From an uncultured Solirubrobacterales bacterium (lineage in GTDB: Bacteria; Actinomycetota; Thermoleophilia; Solirubrobacterales; JBBDJG01), in NCBI GenBank assembly GCA_963768885.1, contig CAVYJN010000013.1, forward strand, positions 389-64,388: a stretch of 64,000 nt of DNA, given 5' to 3'. Positions 19,913 through 29,044 of this stretch are shown one piece after another (positions within the stretch are counted from its first letter, which is position 1; each line of letters starts with the position of its first letter). A program made the position numbers and the translations under genes. The notes beneath the pieces are model-generated. The model was given only the letters and a program-made list of their open reading frames with translations. It had not been told where the DNA came from and searched no databases.

Positions 19913-20568
19913 ATCGCTTCGTCGACGCCGTCGCCGATGGGCCGGCGATTCTGGTCGGAAACTCGATGGGCGGCCTGATCGCGATGATGGAGGCGGCCCG
20001 CCAGCCCGCGAAGGTGTCGCGCCTCGTGCTCGTCGGTCCGGCGCAGCCCCGGCCGTCGGCGACGCTGATCGATCCGATGGTCGCGCTCACCTTCGCGGCG
20101 TACGCGTTCCCGGGAGTCGGCGAAGCGCTCCTGCGATGGCGCGCCGCGCGGCTTGGACCGGAGGGTCTCGTACGCCAGACGCTCGCGCTCTGCTGTGCGG
20201 ATCCGGCGCGCGTGGCGGCGGACGTCGTCGCGGCTCACGTGGCGATGGCGCGCGAGCGGCAGGGGATGCCGTGGGGGCAGGCGGCGTTTCTCGAGGCGGC
20301 GCGGTCGATCATGGCGGTGCTCGCGCGCCGGCGTCGGGTGCACGAGATGATCGCGGCCATCGAGGCGCCGACGCTCATCGTCCAAGGGACCGAGGATCGG
20401 CTCGTCCCGGTCGCGGCCTCGCGCGCGACGGCGGCGCTGCGGCGTGACTGGTCGCTCGAGGTGTTCGAGGGCGTTGGGCACGTGCCGCAGCTCGAGGTGG
20501 CGGAGAGGTTCGTGCGGACGGTTGTGGGGTGGATCGAGGGGCGGCGGGGCGAGGCGGAGGCGGGGTGA
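19681..20568 (+). CDS. alpha/beta hydrolase
   Basis: Intact 295-aa ORF. HGLGG.., GNSMGG nucleophile elbow, C-terminal ..GVGHVPQLE.. Confidence 0.9.
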   Translation: MRSHTIDLDGPVHYADFGGSGPTVVLVHGLGGAHVNWMAVGPALAARAHVVAPDLAGFGRTPLAGRSAHVHANLGLLDRFVDAVADGPAILVGNSMGGLIAMMEAARQPAKVSRLVLVGPAQPRPSATLIDPMVALTFAAYAFPGVGEALLRWRAARLGPEGLVRQTLALCCADPARVAADVVAAHVAMARERQGMPWGQAAFLEAARSIMAVLARRRRVHEMIAAIEAPTLIVQGTEDRLVPVAASRATAALRRDWSLEVFEGVGHVPQLEVAERFVRTVVGWIEGRRGEAEAG

Positions 20569-20600
20569 GGTAGAGCGAAGCAGGCATGCGGGCGGCCGGC

Positions 20601-20645
20601 GGACACCAGGGGACGCAACCACCCGGGTTGCGTCCCCTGGTGTCC
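20601..20645. terminator. perfect 20-bp stem / 5-nt loop hairpin between convergent hydrolase and hsp20 genes
   Basis: GGACACCAGGGGACGCAACC-ACCCG-GGTTGCGTCCCCTGGTGTCC. The right arm abuts the hsp20 stop codon. It could terminate both convergent genes. Confidence 0.7.
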
Positions 20646-21073
20646 TAGTTGTTGCTGTACGTGACCTCGACCTTGACCGCCTTGGCTTCAGCCAGCTTTG
20701 CGATCGTCAATTCAAGCACGCCGTCCTTGTACGCGGCCTTGATCGCCTCGTGCCCCACATCACTCGGAAGCCTCAAGGCCCGGTGGATGCGGCCGTAGTG
20801 GCGTTCTGCGCGATGCACCCGCCCGTCCTTCGCCCATGCGGGCTCGACGCGCTCGGCGTTGATCACCAGCGTCTCGTCCTCGACCTTCACCTCGAGCGAG
20901 TCGCTCTTCAAGCCGGGGAGCTCGATGCTGAAGCGATAGCCGCTACTGTCTTCGACCACATCGACTGGTGGTGAGATCGGCCCGAACTCGCTCGCGAGCC
21001 CATTGAAGAGACCGTTGACTCTCTCGAAGAGCCATGCGCCGTGCGGCAAACGATTGTCAATCAATACGTCCAT
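20645..21073 (-). CDS. Hsp20/alpha-crystallin family small heat-shock protein (copy B)
   Basis: Intact 142 aa, MDVLIDNRLPHGAWLFERVNGLFNGLASEF..., with an alpha-crystallin domain. About 93% aa identity to copy A across the domain. Confidence 0.92.
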   Translation of the reverse strand: MDVLIDNRLPHGAWLFERVNGLFNGLASEFGPISPPVDVVEDSSGYRFSIELPGLKSDSLEVKVEDETLVINAERVEPAWAKDGRVHRAERHYGRIHRALRLPSDVGHEAIKAAYKDGVLELTIAKLAEAKAVKVEVTYSNN

Positions 21074-21214
21074 TCTTCACACCTTCCCGCCTGCGGAGTA
21101 GCCGGGCATTTGTTAACAAGAAGGTAAGCACGAACTTCAGATTGTCAAGTTGACTCCAGGGATTAGCGGCGGAGAGGGAAGGAAGGGCGATTTGGCCCTG
21201 GTCCTGAGGATCGA
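21074..21214 (-). promoter_or_regulatory. conserved upstream/leader block of hsp20 copy B
   Basis: The reverse complement carries AAATCGCCCTTCCTTCCCTCTCCGCCGCT, TTGACAATCTGAAGTTCGTGCTTACCTTCTTG and CGCAGGCGGGAAGGTGTGAAGAATG, conserved with copy A. Confidence 0.4.
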
Positions 21215-21273
21215 GCCTATGAGGCGACGTTCGCCCGTCGAGCCACCGATACATCGGCCGACGCGTCACGTCC

Positions 21274-21696
21274 TCAGCGGGCCGCGGTTCCTGGGTCGCC
21301 CGTACGCCCCGCGTCCTCGGCGGTGGCTTGCTTGGGGAGCGTCACCACGAGCGCGCCGACGCCGTCGTAGTCGGCGCTCGCCCCCTCCTCAACCACCGGC
21401 TCAGGGAGGCGGAGGGGTTGCGAGCGGATCGGCCGGCCCGTTGCGTCGCGGGCCAGCACGAGCGCCTTACGGCCCGCGAATCGGACCTCGACTGACCCGG
21501 GCTCGACACCTCCAGACGCTTGGATGTGCAGGAGAACCGCACCCGGTGTCTCGCTGACGAAGACCGTGAGCGCAGCGGGCGCCGGGCCCGGACCGTCGTC
21601 GTTGGCGGCGCCGCGATCGCCGGAACTCTCCCGCGACGTCAGGATGGCGAGCAGAAGGAACGCGCCGGCCAGGTGACACATGAGGGCTTTCGTCAC
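21274..21696 (-). CDS. secreted Hsp20-like (alpha-crystallin-fold) protein
   Basis: N-terminal hydrophobic signal (CHLAGAFLLLAIL), then ..GAVLLHIQASGGVEPGSVEVRFAGRKALVLAR...GALVVTLPK, which resembles an ACD. The start is ambiguous (GTG 21696 or ATG 21681). Confidence 0.55.
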   Translation of the reverse strand: MTKALMCHLAGAFLLLAILTSRESSGDRGAANDDGPGPAPAALTVFVSETPGAVLLHIQASGGVEPGSVEVRFAGRKALVLARDATGRPIRSQPLRLPEPVVEEGASADYDGVGALVVTLPKQATAEDAGRTGDPGTAAR

Positions 21697-21729
21697 CTCC
21701 TATAGTAGTAGTGCCGAGAGGCCCGCGAA

Positions 21730-21746
21730 TCCGGGCTACTACGCAC
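21730..21746 (-). promoter_or_regulatory. recurrent motif CGTGCGTAGTAGCCCGG upstream of the Hsp20-like gene
   Basis: The plus strand reads CCGGGCTACTACGCACG, about 35-50 nt upstream of the minus-strand start. It shares the TACTACGCACG core with the ftsH upstream motif. Confidence 0.35.
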
Positions 21747-21813
21747 GGGTGTCTACGTGCATCGTTGGCCTCACGGGCGCGCGATACGGTAGGAAAACGT
21801 CGTGGAGGACCCG

Positions 21814-22968
21814 ATGGCCGACCCCGGCGACGACGTCTACGGCAGCCCCGAGCACCTCGCGTTCCGCGAGACGGTGCGCAGGTTCGTGCAGACCGAGCTC
21901 GCCCCCCGCGCGCGCGAGTTCGACGAGATGGGGCGCATCGACAAGTCGCTCTACCGGAAGATGGGCGAGCTCGGGCTGCTCGGCATCCGCTACGACGAGC
22001 GGTACGGCGGGCAGGGGCTCGACTACTCCTACCAGGCGATCTTCCTCGAGGAGGTCGCCCTCTGCGACAACGCCGGCGTGTGCATGGGCATCTCGGTCCA
22101 GACCGACATGGCGACGCCCGCGCTGCACCGCTTCGGGAGCGAGGAGCTGAAGCAGCGCTACCTCGTGCCGGCGATCCGCGGCGAGCACGTGGCGGCCATC
22201 GCCGTCACCGAGCCGTCGGCGGGCTCCGACGTGGCGGGCATCCGGACGCGCGCGGTGCGCGACGGCGACCACTGGGTCATCAACGGCTCGAAGATGTACA
22301 TCACCAACGCCGCCACCGCGGACTGGCTCTGCCTGCTCGCCGTGACCGATCCCGAAGCCGGCTACGGCGGCTTCACGCAGATCATCGTGCCGACCGACAG
22401 CCGCGGCTTCAGCTACGAGCTCCTCGACAAGATCGGCAACAGGGGCTCGGACACGGGCCTCCTCTTCTTCGACGACGTGCGCGTGCCCGTCGCCAACACG
22501 ATCGGCGATCCGAACCGCGGCTTCCAGCAGCAGATGATGCAGTTCCAGGACGAGCGCATGGTCGTCGTCGTGACGGCGCCCGTGACGGCCCGGCGCCTCT
22601 GGGAGCTGACGCTCCAGCACTGCCAGGAGCGGAAGCTCTTCGGGAAGCCGCTCGCCAAGATGCAGGTGACCCAGCACAAGCTCGTCGACCTGATGATCCA
22701 GATCACGGCGGCGCAGGAGCTCTCCTACCGCTGCATCCGCCAGATGGTGCGCGGCGAGGACGCGACGCTCGACATCTCGATGGCGAAGGTCTTCGCCACC
22801 ACCATGTCGCAGCTCGTCGCGACGTCGTGCATGCAGCTCTTCGGCGGCGCCGGCTACTGCTGGGAGAACCCGGCCGCGCGCGCCTTCGTCGACTCGCGGC
22901 TCGCCAGCATCGGCGGCGGCGCCGACGAGGTGATGAAGCAGGTCGTCGCCAAGATGCTGGGTATCTGA
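21814..22968 (+). CDS. acyl-CoA dehydrogenase (isovaleryl/citronellyl-CoA dehydrogenase-like)
   Basis: Intact ORF. ATG 21814 lies 5 nt after GGAGG. ..AIAVTEPSAGSDVAGIRTRA.., ..NGSKMYITNA.., ..GGAGY.. It is the first gene of the carboxylase cluster. Confidence 0.9.
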   Translation: MADPGDDVYGSPEHLAFRETVRRFVQTELAPRAREFDEMGRIDKSLYRKMGELGLLGIRYDERYGGQGLDYSYQAIFLEEVALCDNAGVCMGISVQTDMATPALHRFGSEELKQRYLVPAIRGEHVAAIAVTEPSAGSDVAGIRTRAVRDGDHWVINGSKMYITNAATADWLCLLAVTDPEAGYGGFTQIIVPTDSRGFSYELLDKIGNRGSDTGLLFFDDVRVPVANTIGDPNRGFQQQMMQFQDERMVVVVTAPVTARRLWELTLQHCQERKLFGKPLAKMQVTQHKLVDLMIQITAAQELSYRCIRQMVRGEDATLDISMAKVFATTMSQLVATSCMQLFGGAGYCWENPAARAFVDSRLASIGGGADEVMKQVVAKMLGI

Positions 22969-22981
22969 GCCTCGGCATCTG

Positions 22982-24581
22982 ATGCCCGTCCTCCCGACCC
23001 GCGTCGATCCCCGCTCCGAGGCGTACCGCGTGAACTACGCGGCGATGCTGGAGCAGGTGCGGCTCCTCGACGAGCAGCTGGCGCTCGCCCGCGCGGGCGG
23101 CGGCGAGAAGTACGTGCGCCGCCACCGCGAGCGCGGGAAGCTCCTGCCGCGCGAGCGCATCGAGCTGCTCCTCGACCGCGACGCGCCCTTCCTCGAGCTC
23201 TCGCCGCTCGCGGCCTGGGGGACCGAGTTCACGGTCGGCGCGAGCGTGGTCACCGGGATCGGCGTCGTGAGCGGCGTCGAGTGCGTCGTCTCCGCCAGCG
23301 ACCCGACCGTCAAGGGCGGCGCGTCCAACCCGTACTCGCTCGACAAGGGCGCCCGCGCCATGGAGATCGCGGCGCAGAACCGCCTGCCGCTCATCAACCT
23401 GACCGAGTCCGCCGGCGCCGACCTGCCGAACCAGGCGAAGATCTTCGTCCGCGGCGGGCGGACGTTCCGCGAGCTCACGCGGCGCTCCGCCGAGCGCATC
23501 CCCACCGTCTGCCTGGTCTTCGGCAGCTCGACCGCCGGCGGCGCCTACGTGCCGGGCATGTCGGACTACGTCGTCATCGTGAAGAACGCGCGCGCGCGTC
23601 TTCCTCGGCGGGCCGCCGCTCGTCAAGATGGCGATCAACGAGGACGCGGACGAGGAGACGCTCGGCGGCGCCGAGATGCACAGCCGCGTGTCCGGCGTGT
23701 CGGACTACCTGGCCGAGGACGAGCTCGACGCGATCCGCCTCGGCCGCGAGATCGTGGCGCAGCTCAACTGGCGGAAGCTCGGCCGGGCGAAGATGGCCGC
23801 GCCCGAGGACCCGCGCTACGACCCCGACGAGCTCCTCGGCATCGGCTCGATCGACGTGCGCAAGCCGTTCGAGGTGCGCGAGGTCATCGCCCGCATCGTC
23901 GACGGCTCGCGCTTCGACGAGTTCAAGCCCACCTACGGCACGACGCTCGTCACCGGCTGGGCGCACCTCCACGGCTACCCGGTCGGCATCCTCGCCAACA
24001 ACGGCATCCTCTTCTCGGACTCGTCGGAGAAGGCCGCGCAGTTCATCCAGCTCTGCAACAAGATCGACGTGCCGCTCCTCTTCCTCCAGAACATCACCGG
24101 CTTCATGGTCGGCACGCAGTACGAGCAGGGCGGGATCATCAAGGACGGCGCCAAGATGATCAACGCGGTGTCGAACTCGACGGTGCCGATGTTCACGGTG
24201 ATGATCGGCAGCTCGTACGGCGCCGGGAACTACGGCATGTGCGGGCGCGCCTACGACCCGCGCTTCCTCTTCACGTGGCCGAACCACCGCATCGCGGTGA
24301 TGGGCCCCGAGCAGCTCGCGGGCGTGATGTCGATCGTCCGCCGCGGCGCCGCCGAGCGCGCCGGGCAGCCCTACGACGAGGCCGAGGACCAGGCCGTGCG
24401 GCAGATGGTGGAGCAGCAGATCGAGCAGGAGTCGAACGCGTTCTACGCGACCGCGCGCGTCTGGGACGACGGCATCATCGACCCGCGCGACACGCGCACC
24501 GTGCTCGGCATCGCGCTCTCGGCGCGCGTTCAACAACGTGGTCGCGCGGCAGCGACGCGCTTCGGCGTGTTCCGGATGTAG
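22982..24581 (+). pseudogene. acyl-CoA carboxylase carboxyltransferase (beta) subunit, MCCase/geranyl-CoA carboxylase-like, one frameshift
   Basis: ..VSASDPTVKGGASNPYSLDKGARAMEIA.., ..[25 protein letters not shown]|[12 protein letters not shown].. The frame break lies inside the GCGCGCGCGCG run at about 23590-23600. The C-terminus is ..[12 protein letters not shown].. Confidence 0.85.
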
Positions 24582-24634
24582 GGCGACACGCGGCGCGGGG
24601 TGCACGCACCCCCGGCGGGTACGGCCACGTCTCG

Positions 24635-25021
24635 CTACGCCCTCGCGTCGTCCAGCAGGACGAAGCCCGGGAGAGCCAGCGCGCGGAAGAGCGGCCGCGC
24701 GACCGCCGGGAGGTGCGACTCGGCGGCGGCGAACCCGACGACGCGCGGGTTCCGGAGCCGCACGCGCCGGCCGAGGCGCTCGAGCTCGCAACCCCCGGCG
24801 TGGACCATGTTCCGCGCCCAGTCCACGTCACGGCCGTACGTCATGGGGATGACGAAGCCGCCGCGACGCGCGATGGCGACGACCGGCGACCGATAGGGCC
24901 GGCCGGTCCGCCGTCCGACGTGGTGCACGACGGCGAGCGGCGGCACGAGCCACGCCACGGTGCCGAGGACCGGGTTGGTGAACACGCGGTTCACCCGCCG
25001 CACGAATCGCGGGATGTGCAT
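24635..25021 (-). CDS. DUF385 / deazaflavin-dependent nitroreductase family protein
   Basis: 128 aa from the ATG after AGGAGG. MHIPRFVRRVNRVFTNPVLG..HHVGRRTGRPYRSPV..IPMTYGRDVDWARNM.. It is inserted between the carboxylase beta and alpha genes. Confidence 0.75.
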   Translation of the reverse strand: MHIPRFVRRVNRVFTNPVLGTVAWLVPPLAVVHHVGRRTGRPYRSPVVAIARRGGFVIPMTYGRDVDWARNMVHAGGCELERLGRRVRLRNPRVVGFAAAESHLPAVARPLFRALALPGFVLLDDARA

Positions 25022-25592
25022 GCGGTTTCCTCCTAGCAAGAGCCGTCCCCACGATCGCTCGGGTCGTCGCGCCGGCCGGTTCCGAAGCATGCCACTGGAC
25101 TGCCCGGCCGCTTCTCGGCCGTGGGAACCCCGGCCGCCCAACCGGAAGGGGCAAGGTTCAATCCCTGCGAGGTCTCGTCCGCGAGGCCTGGCGGGCCCGG
25201 TGCCGTCAGCGCTGAAGCAGCGGCGAGTTGGGTGACTCAGACCTCGGCGATTGCTGGGCGTACGGCCGGACCCGCGAGGATGGACACGCACCCGGGTTCA
25301 CTCGGTCGCACCGACCCCTATTGCCCCCTCGACTGCCGTTGTTGCCCATCCCACAAAATCGGAATCGAAGGCAAGGGAAAACGTCCAGCCGGTGAACGGT
25401 TGGAGCGACTACCTTTCACATATACGTCTTTTCATAGCTGTTACCCGAGGCTCTTGATCGCCTCTCGGGGCCCGAAGCGAGACATTCCGGCATCGGGGCA
25501 CCTGGAACTGCCCCGCGAAGCGTGCAGTGACGACCCGGCGCGTGGTAAACGGTGGGCCCCATGTCAGGAACACCCCCGTCGCCGATGCGCCC

Positions 25593-28500
25593 ATGAAGTG
25601 CCCCAAATGCCTCACCGAGAACCTCGCCGATTCCGCCTTCTGCGAGGAATGCAGCGCTCCCCTGGAGGGCCAGTGCCCGGCGTGCGGCGCCGGCAACCGG
25701 CCCGGCGCCAAGTTCTGCCGGAAGTGCCGGACGGCGCTGCCGGAAACCCCAGGCGGCAACGGCGAGCACGGCCGTCCCGACCCGCGTTCGTATACGCCCA
25801 AGCATCTCGCCGACCGGATCCTGCAGTCGAAGTCTGCCCTCGAGGGCGAGCGCAAGCAGGTGAGCGTGCTGTTCGCCGACGTGAAGGGCTCGATGGAGCT
25901 GGCCGAGCAGCTCGATCCGGAAGAGTGGTACACGATCCTCGACCGCTTCTTCGCCATCCTGACCGACGGCGTGCACCGCTTCGAGGGGACCGTGAACCAG
26001 TACGCCGGCGACGGCATCATGGCGCTCTTCGGCGCGCCGATCGCCCACGAAGACCACGCGCAGCGCGCCTGCTTCGCGGCGCTCCAGCTGCGCGATGCTG
26101 TGCAGGGCTACGCGCGCGAGCTCAAGCGCGAGCGAGGTCTCCAGCTCTCGGCCCGCATCGGGATCAACTCGGGCCACGTGGTGGTGGGTCACATCGGCGA
26201 CGACCTGCGCATGGACTACACCGCCCAAGGGCACGCGGTGGGCCTCGCGGCTCGCATGGAGGCCCTGGCGTCGCCCGACACGATCTACTTGACGCGCGCG
26301 ACCGCGGACCTCTGCACCGGATACTTCGACTTGGATGACCTCGGCGAGTTCAACGTGAAGGGCGCCAGAGACCCCCTGCGCGTCTTCCAGCTGAAGGGAG
26401 TAGGCTCACTCCGGACGCGCTTCGACGTCTCGCGCGCGCGCGGGCTCTCGCGCTTCGTCGGGCGCACCGACGAGGTGGCGGTCCTCGCGCAGGCCCTCGA
26501 GCGCGCGCGCCGGGGACAGGGGCAGGTGGTGGGCGTGGTGGCGCACGCGGGCGTCGGGAAGAGCCGTCTCTGCTTCGAGTTCACGGAGCAGCACCGTGCC
26601 CGTGGGGGCTTCGTCAACCAGGGCCGCGCCGTGCCCCACGGTCGCACCATTCCGCTCCTCCCGCTGATGGAGGCCTTCCGCACGTACTACGGGATCACCG
26701 AGCAGGACGAACCGCGCATCGTGCGCGAGAAGATCGCCGGGCGCGTGCTCCTGATCGACGAATCGTTCCGCGATGTGCTGCCGTTGCTTTTCGACTTCTT
26801 CGGGGCGCCGGATCCGGAGCGGCCCGTGCCGCCGATGGATCCCGACGCGCGCCGCCGCCAGCTGGTCGGCGTCCTGCGCCGCCTCGTGCAGACCGGAGTC
26901 CGGGAGGACGCCGCCATCACCCTGTTCGAGGACCTGCACTGGTTCGACGAGTCGAGCGAGACGTTTCTCCGCGAGTGGATCGACGCGCTCCAGAGCTCGC
27001 GCAGCCTGCTCGTCCTGAACTTCCGTCCCGAGTATCGCGCCGACTGGATGCGAGCCACACACTACTCGCAGATATCCCTCCAGCCGCTCGGCCCCGAGGC
27101 GATCCGCGAGCTGCTGGACGACCTGCTCGGCCGCGATCCGAGCATGACGGGCCTGGCCGACGCCATCCACGAGCGCACGCGCGGCAACCCCTTCTTCACG
27201 GAGGAAATCGTGCGCGCGCTCATCGAGGACGGGCACCTCGAGGGCGCGCGCGGTGCCTATCGCCTGGTGACGCCCGTCGGCAACCTGCAGGTTCCCGACT
27301 CGGTGCACGGGATCCTGGCGGCGCGCATCGACCGGCTCGCGGAGCGCCAGAAGCACCTTCTGCAGACGGCCGCGGTGATCGGCAAGAGCTTCGAAGAGCC
27401 GATCCTGGAAGCCGTGGCCAGCCTGACGCGGCGCGAGCTGGCCGACTCCCTGGCCGTGCTGAAGAGCGGCGAGTTCGTCTACGAGGAATCGCTCTACCCG
27501 GTGGTGGAGTACGCGTTCCGCCATCCGCTGACCCACGAGGTGGCGCTCGACTCCCAGCTCGCCGAGCGCCGCCGCAAGCTGCACGCCGCCGTCGCCGGCG
27601 CGATCGAGGAGCAGAAGGCCGGTCAGCTGGACGCGCAGGCCGCCCTCATCTCCCACCACTGGGAGCAGGCCGGGGAGCCGCTCCAGGCGGCGCGCTGGGC
27701 CGCGCGCGCGGCAGCCTGGACGGCGCGTCGCGATCCGACGGAGGGCGTGCGTCTCTGGCAGCTCGTGCTCGCGCTCGCTCGGCAGGTCGGCGAATCCGAG
27801 GCGGCTGAGCGCCTGCGGATGGATGCCTGCCGCGCGATACTGCTCGGTGGCTCGTGGCGCGTCGGCATGCCGATGGAGGAGATGGAGGCGCTCCACGACG
27901 AGGGCAAACGGCTCGCCGAGGCACGCGGCGACCGGGACTACCTGGCGTCGCTCGCGGTGGCGTACGTGTCCTTCTTCGGCTCCGTGCGGGGAGCCGTCGC
28001 CCGCTACGCCAGCGAGGCCCGGCGTGCGCTGCCGCTCGTCGAGCAACAGGGCAATCCCGAGATCCTTTCCGTGTTGCTGATCATGCTCGGGTACTCGCAC
28101 TTTCTGAGCGGCCGCCTCGAGGATTCATTCGTCTACGCCCAGCGCTGCCTGGCGCTCACCGAGACGAACCCGACGCTCGGCAAGGCCACCATCGGTTTCA
28201 GCGCGTACCTGTGGGCCCGGATGAACCTTGCGTCTCTGGAGGCCCAGCGCGACGGCGACGTCCAGCACGGCGTGCGCAGTCTCGACGCGGTGATGCGCGC
28301 TGCGCGTGAAGCGGGAGAGACCGAGGTGCTCCACTGGGCAGCGGGCACCCAGGTCGACATGCTCATCATGTTCGCGGGCGAGCTGGGAGATTCGCCGGCC
28401 CTGGCCCGCGAGGGACTCGCGGCCTCGGAGCGTGCCGGGAGCGCCTTCTCGCAGGTACATTTGCTCACCCGCGGCATGGCCCGTGTGCAGCTCTTCCAGG

Positions 28501-28991
28501 GAGACCACGAGAGCGCGATCGGCTCGCTCGAGCGCGCGCTGACGATCCTGCGCGAGCGGCGCGCGGCCAGCGAGGTGGAGCCGGTCACCCTGGCGCTGCT
28601 GGCGCGTGCCCATCTGGCCGCAGGCGAGGTCGCGCGCGCGGCGGCCGTCGCCGCCGAGGCGCTGAGCGTCGCGCGTGAGAATGGATCGCACTGGGCCGAG
28701 GTCCAGGCGCTCGAAGCGCGGTCGTATGCGCTGCTCGCCGGGGACGTCGCCGAGCATGCAGCCGAGGTCGACACGCTCGTCGAGCGCATGGCGGCTCTGA
28801 TCGAGGAAGCCGGCCTGCGCCTCTACCTGCCGCGGCTCGTCGAGCTGCGGGCGGCCGTGGCCGGAGCGCGCGGCGACGCCGCGGCGCGCGATCGACACCT
28901 GCGCGAGGCGCACCGCCTGTACACGCAGGCGGGCGCGACCGGGCACGCGCAACGGCTGGCGAAGGAGCTACCAGGTCCCGCCAGCGGTTGA
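25593..28991 (+). CDS. multidomain regulator: double zinc ribbon + class III adenylate/guanylate cyclase + AAA (STAND-like) ATPase + TPR
   Basis: CPKCLTEN..CEEC..CPACGA..CRKC; the cyclase motifs VSVLFADVKGSMEL and YAGDGIMALFGAP; a P-loop VAHAGVGKSRL; and a long helical-repeat C-terminus. The ORF is intact. An alternative GTG start is at 25527. Confidence 0.9.
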   Translation: MKCPKCLTENLADSAFCEECSAPLEGQCPACGAGNRPGAKFCRKCRTALPETPGGNGEHGRPDPRSYTPKHLADRILQSKSALEGERKQVSVLFADVKGSMELAEQLDPEEWYTILDRFFAILTDGVHRFEGTVNQYAGDGIMALFGAPIAHEDHAQRACFAALQLRDAVQGYARELKRERGLQLSARIGINSGHVVVGHIGDDLRMDYTAQGHAVGLAARMEALASPDTIYLTRATADLCTGYFDLDDLGEFNVKGARDPLRVFQLKGVGSLRTRFDVSRARGLSRFVGRTDEVAVLAQALERARRGQGQVVGVVAHAGVGKSRLCFEFTEQHRARGGFVNQGRAVPHGRTIPLLPLMEAFRTYYGITEQDEPRIVREKIAGRVLLIDESFRDVLPLLFDFFGAPDPERPVPPMDPDARRRQLVGVLRRLVQTGVREDAAITLFEDLHWFDESSETFLREWIDALQSSRSLLVLNFRPEYRADWMRATHYSQISLQPLGPEAIRELLDDLLGRDPSMTGLADAIHERTRGNPFFTEEIVRALIEDGHLEGARGAYRLVTPVGNLQVPDSVHGILAARIDRLAERQKHLLQTAAVIGKSFEEPILEAVASLTRRELADSLAVLKSGEFVYEESLYPVVEYAFRHPLTHEVALDSQLAERRRKLHAAVAGAIEEQKAGQLDAQAALISHHWEQAGEPLQAARWAARAAAWTARRDPTEGVRLWQLVLALARQVGESEAAERLRMDACRAILLGGSWRVGMPMEEMEALHDEGKRLAEARGDRDYLASLAVAYVSFFGSVRGAVARYASEARRALPLVEQQGNPEILSVLLIMLGYSHFLSGRLEDSFVYAQRCLALTETNPTLGKATIGFSAYLWARMNLASLEAQRDGDVQHGVRSLDAVMRAAREAGETEVLHWAAGTQVDMLIMFAGELGDSPALAREGLAASERAGSAFSQVHLLTRGMARVQLFQGDHESAIGSLERALTILRERRAASEVEPVTLALLARAHLAAGEVARAAAVAAEALSVARENGSHWAEVQALEARSYALLAGDVAEHAAEVDTLVERMAALIEEAGLRLYLPRLVELRAAVAGARGDAAARDRHLREAHRLYTQAGATGHAQRLAKELPGPASG

Positions 28992-29044
28992 TTTGCCTTC
29001 CTGCCACGAGGTAACCGAGCCCTGGCCCCGGGCCCGCCTGCGTG

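Noticed and set aside
23585-23605. Programmed ribosomal frameshifting as an explanation for the disrupted genes
   Set aside because: There is no shared slippery heptamer or downstream structure at the sites examined. Several genes need 5-15 shifts in both directions, which is incompatible with programmed recoding.
25125-25190. tRNA-like T-arm sequence (GGTTCAATCC) in the long intergenic region, possibly a tRNA gene or att-site relic
   Set aside because: The flanking bases give only 3 of the 5 T-stem base pairs. I could not build an acceptor or anticodon stem. No integrase is nearby.
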